A stretch of 64,000 bases of DNA from Takakia lepidozioides. Its lineage: Eukaryota > Plantae > Bryophyta. Both the position numbers and the translations under genes were made by a program. The notes below the pieces were generated by a model, which saw only the letters and a list, made by a program, of their open reading frames with translations, was not told the origin of the DNA and searched no databases. The DNA is taken from NCBI GenBank assembly GCA_030704615.1, contig CM060733.1, positions 35,836,001 to 35,900,000 on the forward strand, given 5' to 3'. Below are positions 62,127 to 64,000 of the stretch, piece by piece. Each line of letters opens with the position of its first letter. The first letter of the stretch is position 1.

Positions 62127-63474
62127 CTTAGAAGTTCAAACCTGGATAACATTCTGCTGCAAATGGTAATTGTATCTACTTGCCAATCGTGGATACTTCA
62201 AGTTTGTGATCAGTTACTTGCATTTGGTGTGCCTCCAAGGTGGGAAAGGTCTTCTTGTCCCGCATTGCTAGCACAAGCAGACTTGAAAAACTGGAATCTC
62301 CGTCGCAGTCAGTGTGCTGTCAAAGTTGAATGCTGTTGCATGTGCATCAGCATATAATTGATTGAATTGTGGCTCTATCCAAGTGTCTAGCACTAAGTCA
62401 AAAGCTAACTGCCACCGAGGTCGATAAACTGACCCCATCTACTCGATATGGGCTGTCATTGCAATTGTCATCAATACCCTCTGCCAATGCCGATTTTTTT
62501 ACCTGCATTTTCGAATCTTCTTCTTGCTTGTCTATGCTCCCAGTCTCTATGAAACACGAACCATCTAATCCAGACACACTTGTTTCTGCAGTTGGAGTAG
62601 TTGCGTTACTTGAGATGTCAGTCTCTGGTGCAGATGGAGTGTGCTTGCTCAGAGACTGTCATCATAAACACAGAATAAGTTTGCACCCTGTTACGGAAAC
62701 TCTCAACGAAAAATCCAAAAGCACTCAATCAAAGCAGTCTACTCTGATACATGCCACATTAGTGACTGTGTGTCAGAATGGTTCCAGCAGACTCCATCTG
62801 AATCCTCTACTTGAAAGACCTATACATGGATTTCACCAGCTCTCTATTGAATGACAATTTCTCCTAAATCAGAGCAGACCCACACAATATTCTTGCATAG
62901 AGACCTCAAAGGGAGGCACTCTCTCAAGCCAACAATTCCTCGTGAATAGAGCACTTGTCTTGCCCATGAAATAAACTTGGTGGTTGACCTAGTAATTGCA
63001 TTGAGATCCAAAACAGCACTTATCACTTAAGGATGGCAGAATAGGTGGAGACAAACCTGATTTAAAGTGGCATCAATTTCAAGTTCTAATCGCCGCACAT
63101 CATCCAATGTGAGACCAAACCAATCATCAATCCAACCAAAGCACCGCCTGTGACTTTCCATGAATAATGCTCTTTCCCCCTGCACATATGACAATATATA
63201 ACACTGTCACTCCACTGTACTATCTCCAGCCGAAACAGCAGCTGAATTACGTGTAGCAGGTGCCAACCCCCTCTCTCATTTGAAAAGTATCTGGAGGGAG
63301 CATTTGAATCTTGAAGCCTGGTCCATTCCTGTCCCATAAGCTGTATGCGCATAAACTGAAGCCATAAAGTTGTCTCTCTCTCGCTCTCGCGTGGAAGGAA
63401 GTTACTTTCTGAACTTGTTTCCAGTCTGTGACATAGGCAAGGACTCTATTTCTTTGAAGCAAGACCATCCTGTA

Positions 63475-63950
63475 AACAGGCTGAAGTCCTTGGCACTACA
63501 CAGAAATTTAAACTCAGGGTGGGGAGCCTACCTTTGAACAGTACACAGATGCAGAGAGGAACAGGAGATTGTAATTGCCCAATATGCAGGCAGCCTGAAG
63601 ACAATACCCATTTTCTGATACAGTGGCCGGGTATTCTCATCAGAGAGTGACCCTCTTCAGGAATATCAAGAACATTGTTCCTGCACCTCTGTTCTCCAAC
63701 CTTGAAAATCTTGAGGCTGAGCCTAAGGCCCTACCCTGCTGGGGTCTAATTGCTGGGCAGCTCACACACACAGGATTGATGCTTGTGTGAAGGGTTTTCT
63801 AGAGGATATCTGGAAAGACCGAACTATGTAATTATACCAAGGTAAGTCCCACTACTGGAGTGAGCCCCACACAAAGGTAGTATCCTCTTGTTCCACCCAA
63901 ACTGGGCAAGGGGTGTATGGCCACAAGGCTGCGGCAAACAACGTCTCTCT
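63475..63950 (+). mobile_element. LINE family A 3' fragment (older subfamily)
   Basis: Colinear with 1-498: GAAATTTAAACTCAGGG, GATTGATGCTTGTGTGAAGGG, GGCCACAAGGCT.CGGCAAACAACGTCT. Confidence 0.85.
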
Positions 63951-64000
63951 CTCCCGAGTGAGTGCATTTCCTTTCCTGCCTAATAATGGCATGTCCGAGC

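Noticed and set aside
62160-63060. Possible terminal exons of a minus-strand gene entering from the right
   Set aside because: Low-complexity translation with stops and no identifiable domain or consistent splice phase.

Overview
Eukaryotic, intron-rich nuclear DNA of a land plant, most likely a non-seed lineage (inferred from the half-tRNA-primed copia element, PLS-PPR relic, divergent CHASE receptors and SIG2-type plastid sigma factor). Genes: two divergently oriented paralogous CHASE-domain hybrid histidine kinases (copy A, minus strand, pseudogenised and running off the left edge; copy B, plus strand, 15 exons, 37796-47008), an RFWD3-like RING-WD40 E3 ligase, a plastid RNA polymerase sigma factor, and relics of Elongin A, PPR and a second RFWD3. 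Mobile DNA: a nested retroelement pile in intron 8 of copy A (a Ty1/copia element with a half-tRNAiMet primer site inside a LINE, next to a head-to-tail stack of a second LINE family with (CATTT)n tails), two different hAT-type elements stacked at one 8-bp target site, and a piggyBac-like element nested in a pogo-like element. The most notable candidates are the CHASE receptors lacking the canonical cytokinin-binding Asp, the re-used hAT target site, the self-stacking LINE with a conserved 3' hairpin, and the piggyBac-like element. All alignments were done by eye. Some single-base indels may be assembly errors.
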